The notes under the pieces are model-generated. The model was not told the origin of the DNA. It ran no database searches and saw only the letters and a program-made list of their open reading frames with translations. From the NCBI GenBank assembly GCA_036277095.1, contig DASUNP010000005.1, positions 411,775 through 475,774 of the forward strand: a stretch of DNA of 64,000 nucleotides, given 5' to 3'. The stretch comes from Blastocatellia bacterium (GTDB lineage Bacteria; Acidobacteriota; Blastocatellia; UBA7656). Both the position numbers and the translations under genes were made by a program. Positions 1-9,384 of the stretch are shown piece by piece. Numbering within the stretch: position 1 is the stretch's first letter; each line of letters begins with the position of its first letter.

Positions 1-925
1 ACAGCCGCGTCGATTCGATGGTTGAAGCGCAAAGCACTATGACTTTGCCCATCACCTCGTAGCCCTTCTTTGTGACCTGATCGATTACCGCTATGCCTTT
101 TGCCTTGCCGGTCTTCATATCGACTATGACGTGGCTCGCGATGGCGTTCGGGCGAATCTCGCAGCGGCCAGTCTTCAACGCTGCCGGGAGCGTGGAGCCA
201 GGGCTTGAGAAGTATGACGAGGTCGTGCATCCACGGTCGCAGTGGCCGCAGTAATGACACGGCGCGCGCCCCTTGTGACGCTGTGTGAGAATCGCCGCGC
301 GGCCTATCATGACGCGCCGGTCTTTCCAGCGGCTTTCGACTGCCCGCTTGAGCATCCACTCGCCGCAGGTGAGCTTCATCGGCGGCAGGAATTTTCCGTC
401 CGGCAGGTTCGCGACGTTCTCTACGGAGCCGCTGACGCCTATGAAATCTTCGACGCGGTCGTAATACGGCGCAAGCTCGCCGTAAGAGATGGGCCAGTCC
501 TCTCCGTACCCGTCGCGGCTCGCGGCTTTAAGCTCGTAATCGCTCAAGCGATAAACCTGGCGGCCCCACATGATCGTCCGTCCCCCGACGTGACGGCCGC
601 GAATCCAATCGAAGGGGCGCCCGTCGGGCGTCGTGTAAGGGTTGTCTATGTCGTCTACAAAAAAATGATTGCTGTATTCATTACACGCGTAGCATTTCGA
701 CTGAATAGACTGGCGCTCGCGGAAGAGTGTGCGGTTGCCGACCGTCCCGCGATACTTCACCTCGTAAGGCCAGGCGTGCTCTGTAAAATCTTTCATCGGG
801 TCGAGCTTGCGCCCAGCCTCAAGCACGATCACTCTCATGCCTTTTTCAGAAAGCTCTTTCGCGGCCCAGCCGCCCGTAGCGCCTGACCCTACGATTATCG
901 CGTCATAGATAACTTCTTTAGCCAT
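1..925 (-). CDS. GMC family FAD-dependent oxidoreductase, N-terminal ~308 aa (C-terminus beyond window edge)
   Basis: Minus-strand ATG at 923-925 gives [43 protein letters not shown]..., a classic FAD-binding DxxIVGSGxxG fold. Further down is [12 protein letters not shown], typical of GMC oxidoreductases. The frame stays open to position 1. The listed + ORF 242..886 is its antisense shadow. Confidence 0.75.
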   Translation of the reverse strand, partial: MAKEVIYDAIIVGSGATGGWAAKELSEKGMRVIVLEAGRKLDPMKDFTEHAWPYEVKYRGTVGNRTLFRERQSIQSKCYACNEYSNHFFVDDIDNPYTTPDGRPFDWIRGRHVGGRTIMWGRQVYRLSDYELKAASRDGYGEDWPISYGELAPYYDRVEDFIGVSGSVENVANLPDGKFLPPMKLTCGEWMLKRAVESRWKDRRVMIGRAAILTQRHKGRAPCHYCGHCDRGCTTSSYFSSPGSTLPAALKTGRCEIRPNAIASHVIVDMKTGKAKGIAVIDQVTKKGYEVMGKVIVLCASTIESTRL

Positions 926-928
926 CGC

Positions 929-1792
929 TCACCCTTTCGCTAAACGGAGCACATCGCTGAGCGTCTCTTCTGCCGCCCGCGACGGTTTGTATTCAAGCCC
1001 GACAAATCCCTGATAGTTTGTTGCGGCTATCGCGCGAAACACGCTCGCGTAGTTTATCTCACCCGTGCCCGGCTCGTGGCGGCCGGGGACATCGGCCACG
1101 TGGAAGTGCGCGATGTCGGCGATGTTTTTTGTGATGTCTTCGATAATGTTACCTTCCATCACCTGATGGTGATAGATGTCAAACAGCAGCTTGACGGCGG
1201 GGCTTCGGACTTCCTTGATTATCTCAAACCCTTCCTGCGCCGTGTGCAGGTAATACATCGGGTGGTCTACGCGAGTGTTGAGCGGCTCAAGCACGAGCGT
1301 GATCCCGGCCTCTTCGGCAAACGGCGCTGCGGCCTTGAGCGCGGCGACGTACCCGCCGCGCTGGTCCGCGCGCGGCATTTTCTTGTCCTCAAACCCTGTG
1401 GTCACTATCAGGGTTTTAGACCCGAGCTTGCGCGCGACCGGGATCGATTCGCGTATCTCTGCGACGAACGCCTTTCGCGCCTCCTCCGAATTCATCGCCT
1501 TCCACCCCGAGCCCATCAACGTCGCCACCTCAAGCCCAAGCTCGGCTTTCTTGCGCGCTATCGCCTCAACATCTTTGTTCTTCCACGCCCAGAACTCGAA
1601 TGCCGTGTAGCCTATCTTTTTGATCCGCTCCATTCGTTCGAGGAAGGGAATCGCGGTCAAGATCATGTCTATGCAGACGGATAGTCTCACCCCGCCTGCC
1701 GCGAAACCGGCTGCCGGAGCCGATTTCAGGGTCGCTGGGAGAAAAGCCGAGGCCGAGGCTGCCAGCTTTATAAACTCTCTTCTACCGGTCAT
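929..1792 (-). CDS. Sugar phosphate isomerase/epimerase (xylose isomerase-like TIM barrel), Tat-exported
   Basis: Twin-arginine motif MTGRREFIKLAASASAF at an internal Met. Choosing this start removes the overlap with the upstream gene. The remainder has composition typical of an AP-endonuclease/xylose-isomerase-like TIM barrel. Confidence 0.6.
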   Translation of the reverse strand: MTGRREFIKLAASASAFLPATLKSAPAAGFAAGGVRLSVCIDMILTAIPFLERMERIKKIGYTAFEFWAWKNKDVEAIARKKAELGLEVATLMGSGWKAMNSEEARKAFVAEIRESIPVARKLGSKTLIVTTGFEDKKMPRADQRGGYVAALKAAAPFAEEAGITLVLEPLNTRVDHPMYYLHTAQEGFEIIKEVRSPAVKLLFDIYHHQVMEGNIIEDITKNIADIAHFHVADVPGRHEPGTGEINYASVFRAIAATNYQGFVGLEYKPSRAAEETLSDVLRLAKG

Positions 1793-1808
1793 CTGTCGTT
1801 CCTGTAGC

Positions 1809-2660
1809 CTACGAGAGCGCGTTCTTAAGGTACTCGAACGAGTGGCGCACACCGTCAACGGGATTTTCGGCTTCCATCTCGTATTCGATATTGACCGCGT
1901 AGCGAAACTTGATCTGCTTGAGCAGTTTCATGGTTTCGGCTATGGGCGTAGCGCCCTGGCCGAAGCGGCGGTAAGTGTGCTTCTCGTCGCGGTCGCGGTC
2001 CTTGACGTGCAGGCTGACTATGCGAGGGTGATGCTCGCGAATGAAAGCTACGGAGTCAAAACCGGCTGCCGAAAAATGGCCGATGTCGAGGTTGACGCTC
2101 ATGTACTCGGACGAGGCTTTGAGCGCGTTCTTATAATCTTCGGGCGTTTCGAACTCAAGCGTCCTGTCGCCCTTGAACCACGGGTCGCCGAACCAGTGGT
2201 TATGAAGTCCCATCTTGACCTTGTACTTGCGGCACCACTCGTCCAGGCGCGGCACGATTGCCTTTTTGACTGAAGCCGTCATTACGTTCGTGCCCAACAG
2301 GAGCGCGCCGTTATACCCTCGGTCCAGGTGTTCGTCCGTCGCGTTCAGCGGAAAGTTCACGCAGTAGGCGCTGACGCGAATCCCCGCGTCGTCAAACTTT
2401 TTGCGCGTGGCCTTGAAGTCGGCTTCCGTGGCCTTCATCGGGTTGAGGTGGCCGTCCCAAAGCTCTACGCTCGACAGCCCGATTGAACTCATCGCCTCGA
2501 TCATCTTCTCCAGCGAGAAGCTGCGGAACGTATAGCTCTGGACCCCGACTTGAATCTTAGAAAAGACTGAAGGCTTCACCTTATCGCCGGGCGGAACAAG
2601 CCCGAGGCCCGCCGCCGCGAGCAATCCTGCGTTGAACTCTCTTCGCGTGAGATGGTCCAT
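1809..2660 (-). CDS. Sugar phosphate isomerase/epimerase (xylose isomerase-like TIM barrel), Tat-exported paralog
   Basis: N-terminus MDHLTRREFNAGLLAAAGLGL is a Tat signal. Conserved His/Asp/Glu positions (HNHW, DIGHF, NIEYE) are typical of this TIM-barrel family. Confidence 0.6.
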   Translation of the reverse strand: MDHLTRREFNAGLLAAAGLGLVPPGDKVKPSVFSKIQVGVQSYTFRSFSLEKMIEAMSSIGLSSVELWDGHLNPMKATEADFKATRKKFDDAGIRVSAYCVNFPLNATDEHLDRGYNGALLLGTNVMTASVKKAIVPRLDEWCRKYKVKMGLHNHWFGDPWFKGDRTLEFETPEDYKNALKASSEYMSVNLDIGHFSAAGFDSVAFIREHHPRIVSLHVKDRDRDEKHTYRRFGQGATPIAETMKLLKQIKFRYAVNIEYEMEAENPVDGVRHSFEYLKNALS

Positions 2661-2727
2661 TTCGTGACTCTCCTTTAGGCCAGCGTGCGACGATAATAGT
2701 CATAATAAACGGGAGATTCAAGTCACG

Positions 2728-2756
2728 TTGTCAACTCGCGTCGCAACACTTATAAT
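2728..2756 (+). promoter_or_regulatory. Sigma70-type promoter: consensus TTGTCA -35, 17-nt spacer, TATAAT -10
   Basis: ttgtca(2728-2733)-actcgcgtcgcaacact-tataat(2751-2756). It lies 48 nt upstream of the TPP-enzyme ATG, and GAGGAG sits at 2791-2796. Confidence 0.45.
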
Positions 2757-2804
2757 TCCGCCGCCTCTGGCCCGACGATAACGGCAAGCGAGGAGTGAAA
2801 AGTT

Positions 2805-4487
2805 ATGGCGGAGATGACCGGCGCAGAAGCGATGTTTGAGATGATGGTGCGCGAGGGCGTGCGCTACGTTTTCGGAAACCCAGGGACGACCGAGCTGCCG
2901 CTGATGGATCTGTTCGCCGCGCGCTCTGAGATCGACTACATCCTGGCGCTTCACGAAGATTCTGCTTTAGGCATGGCCGCAGGCTACGCCGACGCCACGG
3001 GAAGGGCTGCGGTAATCAACCTTCATACGAATCCGGGGCTCGCTCATGCGCTGGGTAATCTATACAACGCCTACCGCGCGGGGACGCCGCTGGTAGTCAC
3101 GGCGGGCCAGCAGGACACTCGCGCGATGATCGAAGAGCCGCTGCTGACGGCAGACATGTTGGAGCTTGCCCGCCAGCACACGAAATGGGTTTGGGAGGCG
3201 CGGCACGCTTCCGAGATACCCGCCGTGATGGCCCGCGCATTCAAGATTGCCGAAACGCCTCCAACTGGTCCGGTGTTCGTATCGCTCCCCGTAGACGTGA
3301 TGGAACAGCGAGCCGACATTACTCTGCCGCCTACAACTCGAATCGGCACGCGCACCCGAGGCGACCGCGCGAGCGTAGAGCGAGCGGCGCAGATCCTGAT
3401 AGAGGCGAAAAACCCCGCGATCATAGCGGGCGACGGCTGCGCGCGGTCAGGCGCCGTAGAGGATGTAGTCAATCTTGCAGAAACGATTGGGGCGCGCGCC
3501 CACAGTGAGCCGTTGAATGCGCTGTTAGATTTTCCGACCGACCACGCGCTGTACGCCGGGCCGATGTTCGCAAACGCCAAGCAGACGAGCGAACAGCTTG
3601 AGGGCGCGGACGTGATAGTCATTATCGGCGCTAACAATCTTGCGCCGCTCGTCTACACCGGCGCGCGAATGATACCTGAAACGGCGCGGCTCATTCAGAT
3701 CAACGCAGACCCGCACGAGCTTGGAAAAAACTACGCGGCCGAAGTCGCGATACTGGCCGACCCGCGCTCGGCAATCGAGGAGCTGATCGAAGCGATTCGC
3801 GCGAAGGCCACCGATCAGGTTACGGAGATGATTGCGCGCCGCCGCGAGATGATCTCGGCTCGAATAAAAGAGGCCCGCGCGCGCTTCAGCGAGCAGGCAG
3901 GGGTCGCTTCCGACGACGCGCCGATGACGCCGGCCTACGTCGCGCGGGTGATGCGCGAGGCGGCAGACCCGAGGGCCGTGCTCGTAGACGAATCGGTGAC
4001 TTCGACGGCCTTCGTGCGCACAGGGTTTACTTTGAGCGAGCCGAACTCTTACTTTTACGCAAAAGGCGGATCGCTCGGCCTCGCGCTTCCGGCCGCCGTG
4101 GGCGTCAAGCTCGCGATGCCCGACCGCCAGGTGATCTGCGCCGTGGGCGACGGGTCGGCGCTCTATTCGATACAGGCGCTGTGGACCGCTGCGCGTTACG
4201 GCCTCGCGGTCAAGTTCGTGGTCTTCAATAACTCAAGTTACATGATCTTGAAAGGCGGGTTACTCGCGATGAAAGGCGCGTCAGTCGCGCGCGGCGTCTT
4301 TGTCGGAATGGACATCACAGAGCCCGAGATAGACTTTGTGCGCCTGGCAAGCTCGATGGGCGTCGGGGCGCGCCGCGTCGCTCGCGCGTCAGAGCTGCGC
4401 GCAGGGTTGGACTGGGCGCTTGGCGAAGCGGGGCCTACGCTCTTAGACGTCAGCATAGCGCGTGAAGTGCGAAGCGTGCTCAGGTAA
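2805..4487 (+). CDS. Thiamine pyrophosphate-dependent enzyme (benzoylformate decarboxylase / acetolactate synthase-like)
   Basis: N-terminal TPP pyrimidine-binding region (VRYVFGNPGTTELPLMD..., LHEDSALGMAAGYA). C-terminal TPP-binding GDGS motif (AVGDGSALYSIQAL...N). Length 560 aa. Confidence 0.75.
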   Translation: MAEMTGAEAMFEMMVREGVRYVFGNPGTTELPLMDLFAARSEIDYILALHEDSALGMAAGYADATGRAAVINLHTNPGLAHALGNLYNAYRAGTPLVVTAGQQDTRAMIEEPLLTADMLELARQHTKWVWEARHASEIPAVMARAFKIAETPPTGPVFVSLPVDVMEQRADITLPPTTRIGTRTRGDRASVERAAQILIEAKNPAIIAGDGCARSGAVEDVVNLAETIGARAHSEPLNALLDFPTDHALYAGPMFANAKQTSEQLEGADVIVIIGANNLAPLVYTGARMIPETARLIQINADPHELGKNYAAEVAILADPRSAIEELIEAIRAKATDQVTEMIARRREMISARIKEARARFSEQAGVASDDAPMTPAYVARVMREAADPRAVLVDESVTSTAFVRTGFTLSEPNSYFYAKGGSLGLALPAAVGVKLAMPDRQVICAVGDGSALYSIQALWTAARYGLAVKFVVFNNSSYMILKGGLLAMKGASVARGVFVGMDITEPEIDFVRLASSMGVGARRVARASELRAGLDWALGEAGPTLLDVSIAREVRSVLR

Positions 4488-4798
4488 CAGAAGACGGCGG
4501 GGATGAAAGCGTTACTCATGATGCTCATAGCGATGCTCATGATAAAAGCGATGCTCATTAATGATGCTTCTTCGCCGCGTAGCGGCGCGATGACTTTAGC
4601 CGTGTGCTTCAGCGCACGGACAACAAGCAGCAACGGATTCCCGTCGCGTCAGCGACGCTTGAATTCAGAGGCTCAGGCGTCGCGTCAGCGACGCGGCGCT
4701 TTTGATTGACGGTTGTCCCGGCGTTGAAACACCGGGCTAAAATCAAACTGCCGCTACGCGGCAGCGATGAATATTCATTGCTAAGAAGGTATTCACGG

Positions 4799-6142
4799 AT
4801 GCTCAAAACTCACCGAAGGTCAACGCTCTTCACCCTATTCTTCATAGCCGTTTTAATCGCGCTGCCCGCGCTGGACCTGTTCAACACACGGGCTGCGCAA
4901 GCTGCGAACGTCAAGGTCGTTTACGCGGGCCGCTTGATCGACGGCACGTCGAACACGGTGCGCACAAACGTTTCAATCATCATCGAAAAAGACCGCATAA
5001 AAGAGGTGCGCGATGGGCGCGCGACCGTCGCAGGAGCTGAAGTCATAGACCTGTCTGACGCGACCGTGATGCCTGGTTTTATCGACTGCCACACTCACAT
5101 GACAACACAGCTCGGGAGCACCTCGTTTCTCGGCGCGCTGACGCGAAGGAATTCCGACACGGCGATACAGGCTACGGTCTACGCGCGGCGGACTCTTATG
5201 GCGGGGTTCACAACCGTCCGTGATGTCGGCGCGCCGAACTTCGTCGATATAAGCCTCAGAGACGCGATCAACGCGGGGACGGTTCCGGGTCCGCGAATGT
5301 TTGTGGCCACTCGCGCCTTGAGCATCACCGGAGGCCACGGCGATGCGGGCGGCTTGCGCGAAGACTTATTGCCCGAGCCCGATTATCGCAACGGAATAAT
5401 CAACAGCCCCGAAGACGGGGTGCGCGCCGTCCGCTACCAGGCTAAGTACGGCGCGGACCACATAAAAATATCGGCCACGGGCGGCGTGCTATCGATAGCC
5501 GATTCCGGTTCGGGCCAGCAGATGACCCTCGAAGAGATGAAGGCAATCGTAGAGACTGCGCGCATGCTTGACCGCAAGGTCGCGGCTCACGCCCACGGGG
5601 CCGAAGGCATGAAGGATGCCCTGCGCGCGGGCGTCTCTTCCATTGAGCACGGCAGTTATATCGACGCGGAAGCGATAGTTCTGTTTAAGAAACACGGCGC
5701 GTATCTTGTGCCTACGATCATCGCGGGAAAGACGGTTGAGAATGCGGCAAAGATACCGGGGTTTTTCCCTCCGGCCATCGAAGCGAAAGCGCGCACGATT
5801 GGCCCGCTCATTCAAAACGCTTTCGGACGAGCCTACAGGGGCGGCGTCAAGATCGCTTTCGGCACAGACGCGGGCGTGGTCGAGCACGGCAAGAACGCTA
5901 AAGAGTTCGAATACATGGTCGAAGCCGGTATGCCGCCAATCGAAGCAATACTGTCGGCCACGCGCTCGGCCGCAGACCTGATAGGTCGCCCGGCAGAGAT
6001 CGGCAGCGTTCAAGCGGGCCGCTACGCCGACATCGTCGCGGTCAAAGGCGACCCGCTGGCCGACATCAAGTTGCTTCAAAATGTCAGCTTCGTGATGAAA
6101 GCCGGGCAGGTCTACAAGAGCGACGGCAAGCCCGTGATGTAG
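4799..6142 (+). CDS. Amidohydrolase family metallo-hydrolase, secreted
   Basis: Internal ATG at 4799 preceded by AAGAAGG. Signal peptide STLFTLFFIAVLIALPA. Metal-binding GFIDCHTHM motif and later HAHG. The ORF-track start at 4706 lies in the structured intergenic region. Confidence 0.7.
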   Translation: MLKTHRRSTLFTLFFIAVLIALPALDLFNTRAAQAANVKVVYAGRLIDGTSNTVRTNVSIIIEKDRIKEVRDGRATVAGAEVIDLSDATVMPGFIDCHTHMTTQLGSTSFLGALTRRNSDTAIQATVYARRTLMAGFTTVRDVGAPNFVDISLRDAINAGTVPGPRMFVATRALSITGGHGDAGGLREDLLPEPDYRNGIINSPEDGVRAVRYQAKYGADHIKISATGGVLSIADSGSGQQMTLEEMKAIVETARMLDRKVAAHAHGAEGMKDALRAGVSSIEHGSYIDAEAIVLFKKHGAYLVPTIIAGKTVENAAKIPGFFPPAIEAKARTIGPLIQNAFGRAYRGGVKIAFGTDAGVVEHGKNAKEFEYMVEAGMPPIEAILSATRSAADLIGRPAEIGSVQAGRYADIVAVKGDPLADIKLLQNVSFVMKAGQVYKSDGKPVM

Positions 6143-6172
6143 AGACTACTTGAAATAATCGGAGGAGATTTC

Positions 6173-7543
6173 ATGAATGTCTTAAAGCGCGCGCTTCTTG
6201 CAATCCTTCTGGCAGGCGCGGTCGTCTGCTTTCCCGCTCAGCAAGCGCAGACCTCGCACGCGCAGTCTGCGCGGATCAAGGCGCTGGTGGGCGGGACGCT
6301 GATCGATGGGTTTGGCAGCAAGCCCATTCGCAACAGCGTCGTAATCATCGAAGGCGAGCGAATCTCGCGCGTAGGCCAGGTCGGCTCGCTGGCAATCCCT
6401 GCGGGCGCCGAGGTGATATCGACCGAGGGGATGTCTGTGCTGCCGGGGCTTTGGGACATGCACGTTCATCTGATGATTAACGGCCATAGCGATTACGCGC
6501 ACTGGGACAAGACTTATATCGATCAGTTTGAGACGGTCATCATGCCTGCTTCGGCAAAACAGTTGTTGTTGGCCGGGGTGACGAGCGCGCGCGACCTGGG
6601 CGCTCCGCTAAAGGCGAGCATAGCCGTCCGGGACGCGATCAAATCGGGGAGGATTCCCGGCCCCACGCTTTACGTTTCGGGGCCTTTCATCCAGCACGAG
6701 CCGTATCCGGGCACGGAGGCTTTCCGTTGGGGAGTCAAGGGCGCGGCTGACGCGCGGGCGAAAGTGCGCCGCCTTGCCGACGCCGGGGTCGATTGCATCA
6801 AGCTGATAGACCAGGACCAGATGACTATGGAAGAGGTCGAGGCCGTAGTCGATGAAGCGCACAAGCGGCGTCTGACGGTCGTCGGCCACTCTCACCGCCC
6901 GGAAGAGATTCGCCGGGGGTTGCTCGCGGGCGTCGATTGCTTCGAGCACACGGGGCTCGCCACCGCGCCCGAATACCCCGCAGAGTTGATCGCGATGATA
7001 CGCGAGCGTGCGGCGAAGATGAGCCTGGGGCCGTTGTTCTGGACCCCGACTATCGAAGGGCTGTTCAACTACGAATACATTCGTGATAACCCCGAACAGC
7101 TCGACGATCCCTCCTGGCAGGTCGGGCTGCCTGACAACATCATCGCCGACATCAAGGCTTCGCTACAGCACCCGGACCGCCTGCCTTATTATCAAATAAC
7201 CCCGAGCCGTCGGCCCACGCTTGAGAAGAAATTCAATCAGCTTCGCGAGTCGGGCGTCGTGCTGTTGATAGGCACGGACAGCGGCATCCCTATGAAGTTT
7301 CACAGCCAGTCTACATGGAAAGAGCTGGACATATGGGTCAACCGCCTGGGCGTAGATCCTATGACTGCCATTCGCGCCGCGACCTACTGGCCGTCGGTTT
7401 TGATGAAGGTCGATAAAGATGTTGGGACTATCAGCGAAGGCAAATACGCGGACATCATCGCCGTGCGCGGCGACGTGCTGAGGTATATCGCTCTCTTGCA
7501 GGATGTCGATTTAGTGATCAAGCACGGGGTCAGGTACAAGTAG
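6173..7543 (+). CDS. Amidohydrolase family metallo-hydrolase, secreted (second, divergent copy)
   Basis: GGAGGA SD 7 nt upstream of the ATG. Signal peptide MNVLKRALLAILLAGAVVCFPAQQAQ. GLWDMHVHL metal-binding motif. Confidence 0.7.
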   Translation: MNVLKRALLAILLAGAVVCFPAQQAQTSHAQSARIKALVGGTLIDGFGSKPIRNSVVIIEGERISRVGQVGSLAIPAGAEVISTEGMSVLPGLWDMHVHLMINGHSDYAHWDKTYIDQFETVIMPASAKQLLLAGVTSARDLGAPLKASIAVRDAIKSGRIPGPTLYVSGPFIQHEPYPGTEAFRWGVKGAADARAKVRRLADAGVDCIKLIDQDQMTMEEVEAVVDEAHKRRLTVVGHSHRPEEIRRGLLAGVDCFEHTGLATAPEYPAELIAMIRERAAKMSLGPLFWTPTIEGLFNYEYIRDNPEQLDDPSWQVGLPDNIIADIKASLQHPDRLPYYQITPSRRPTLEKKFNQLRESGVVLLIGTDSGIPMKFHSQSTWKELDIWVNRLGVDPMTAIRAATYWPSVLMKVDKDVGTISEGKYADIIAVRGDVLRYIALLQDVDLVIKHGVRYK

Positions 7544-7575
7544 CAGGCGAAGGCATTGAAAAGCAGAAACCTATT

Positions 7576-7682
7576 TCACCGCAGAGACGCAGAGAGCGCA
7601 GAGCGGGCGCAGAGAAAACGTATTAGAGAGAAGATAATTCTGCTCTGCGTGAACTCTGTGTTCTCTGCGTCTCTGCGGTGAA
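7576..7682. repeat. Imperfect ~40-bp-arm palindrome built from GCAGAGA/CGCAGAG heptamers; candidate bidirectional terminator
   Basis: tcaccgcagagacgcagagagcgcagagcgggcgcagagaa ... ttctgctctgcgtgaactctgtgttctctgcgtctctgcggtgaa. It lies between convergent genes (amidohydrolase + strand, putative small ORF - strand). Confidence 0.6.
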
Positions 7683-7698
7683 TCCGGCTCTCTTATAA

Positions 7699-7860
7699 TC
7701 ACTGCTCATCTATTGAACGGCGCAGGTCTTTCTTATGCTTCTCGCGCCGCTCTTCGCGGCGGCGTTTGTCTTCGAATTTCTTGGTAGGCAATATGGGCGC
7801 GCGCTCGCGCGGTCGGAGCTTCTCTTTCTCTATCGTTATCTTGTCAGCCTTCTTTGCCAC
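7699..7860 (-). CDS. Putative small basic protein (53 aa, GTG start)
   Basis: Minus-strand GTG-initiated frame VAKKADKITIEKEKLRPRERAPILPTKKFEDKRRREERREKHKKDLRRSIDEQ. Highly charged. No clear SD. Missed by the track because it is under 60 aa. Confidence 0.2.
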   Translation of the reverse strand: MAKKADKITIEKEKLRPRERAPILPTKKFEDKRRREERREKHKKDLRRSIDEQ

Positions 7861-7974
7861 ATTTTCATTTTGGCCTAACTTGAAAGCGGCGACAAGTCGC
7901 TGAGATTCCGGTATGCTTTCAGGAGGCCCACGAGCCTGCCGGTTTCAGATTAAATTCTCTGTGAGGAAATATCG

Positions 7975-9378
7975 ATGCCCAGTCACATTCAACTCCGCCC
8001 GCGCCGAAACGTAGTCGCGCTGCTCGCGCTTATACTCGCCGCCCTTGCGGCTCCTTGCACTATCCAGCAGGCCGCTTCGGATGAGGCGCGGGTCGCGAAT
8101 CAGCCTAAGACTGAATACCGCGCGCGGCGGCAGAAGCTCTTGGAGCAAGTCAAAGACGGCGTAGTCGTTTTGATCGGCGCGCGCGAAGAAGACCTGGGCG
8201 AAGTGGCCCGCTTCCGCCAGAAGAATGATTTCATGTACCTGTCGGGTGTCGAAACGCCCGCCGCGTATTTGATGCTCGTTCCCGCGAGTCTCGCTCCGAA
8301 CAAGACCGCCCAGGAGGTAGTATTCATCCCGGCGCGCAACCCTTCGCACGAGCGTTGGAACGGAATCCAGATGGGGCCGGGCAAGGAAGCCGAGCAGTGG
8401 TTCGGCGCTCAGGAGGTCGCCTCTGCGGACAAGTTCTGGGACCGACTGCGCGAGACGGTTTCATCCCCCGAATTCAAGTCGAGCCAGGCAAAGCTCTACA
8501 CCATCGTTCCCCCGGGCGCGACGGCCAAGCTCACGCGCGAGAACGAATTCATCGAAACCGTTCGCCGCGACTTCCCGCAGGTCGAGGTTGCAAACGTTTC
8601 GCATCTCATCTGGGAGATGCGGAAGGTCAAGACGGCTGCTGAAATCGAGCTTCTTCAAAAAGCTATAGACATCACAAGCGAAGCCCACCGCGACGTGGCC
8701 CGCACGATCAAGCCCGGCGTCTACGAGTATCAAGTCCAGGCCGCGCTCGAATACGCATTCATGCGAAACGGCGCCGAGCGACCCGGCTTCCCCTCTATCG
8801 TGGGGTCAGGCATCAACTCGACGATCCTGCACTACAACACGAACCGCAAGCGGATCGAAGCGGGCGATCTTGTTGTCGTAGACATAGGGGCCGAGTACAG
8901 CTATTACACTGCGGACCTGACGCGGACCTACCCGGCCACTGGCAAATTTACCGCCCGCCAGCGCGAAATTTATCTGCTGGTCTTAGACGCGCAGCGCGCG
9001 GCGGAGCGCGCATTCAAGCCGGGCGAATCTACAGTGCATTCGCTCTATCAGGTTGCGGCCGACGTAATGCGCGCGAGCAAGCTGCGCGATACGCAGGGCC
9101 GCACTCTTGAAAGATATTTCATTCACGGCTTGAGCCACTGGCTTGGCATGGACGTGCACGACGTTGGGGAGTACAGAAAGATTCCGCCCGGCGCTGTGCT
9201 GACGATCGAGCCGGGCATTTACATTCCCGAAGAGAACTTCGGCGTAAGAATCGAGGACGATTACCTCGCCACGGATAAGGGGCTGGTCAAGATGAGCGCA
9301 AAGCTCGCTTCGGACCCCGACGAGATAGAGCGAATGATGGCCGCCGGGCCGCAAGCCGCAACGGGGCAGCGGAGATAA
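7975..9378 (+). CDS. M24B Xaa-Pro aminopeptidase (aminopeptidase P-like), secreted
   Basis: Signal peptide. N-terminal creatinase/prolidase domain. C-terminal M24 motifs VVDIGAEY...Y..DLTRT and HGLSHWLGMDVHD, then EPGIY and GVRIED. Confidence 0.8.
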   Translation: MPSHIQLRPRRNVVALLALILAALAAPCTIQQAASDEARVANQPKTEYRARRQKLLEQVKDGVVVLIGAREEDLGEVARFRQKNDFMYLSGVETPAAYLMLVPASLAPNKTAQEVVFIPARNPSHERWNGIQMGPGKEAEQWFGAQEVASADKFWDRLRETVSSPEFKSSQAKLYTIVPPGATAKLTRENEFIETVRRDFPQVEVANVSHLIWEMRKVKTAAEIELLQKAIDITSEAHRDVARTIKPGVYEYQVQAALEYAFMRNGAERPGFPSIVGSGINSTILHYNTNRKRIEAGDLVVVDIGAEYSYYTADLTRTYPATGKFTARQREIYLLVLDAQRAAERAFKPGESTVHSLYQVAADVMRASKLRDTQGRTLERYFIHGLSHWLGMDVHDVGEYRKIPPGAVLTIEPGIYIPEENFGVRIEDDYLATDKGLVKMSAKLASDPDEIERMMAAGPQAATGQRR

Positions 9379-9384
9379 GTGACA

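Noticed and set aside
242-886. 214-aa + strand ORF
   Set aside because: It is the antisense shadow of the minus-strand GMC oxidoreductase, whose translation shows clear FAD-binding motifs.
1076-2273. + strand ORFs 1076..1684, 1275..1610 and 1620..2273
   Set aside because: They are antisense to the two Tat-signal TIM-barrel genes. High GC generates long spurious frames.
4503-4709. 68-aa ORF MKALLMMLIAMLMIKAML... in the structured intergenic region
   Set aside because: Its hydrophobic run is produced by the GATGCTCAT direct repeats, and it ends inside the hairpins. It is more likely non-coding.
7890-7930. CTGAGA-containing segment resembling a TPP riboswitch core
   Set aside because: The other conserved TPP-riboswitch elements are missing. 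The downstream gene is an aminopeptidase with no thiamine link.
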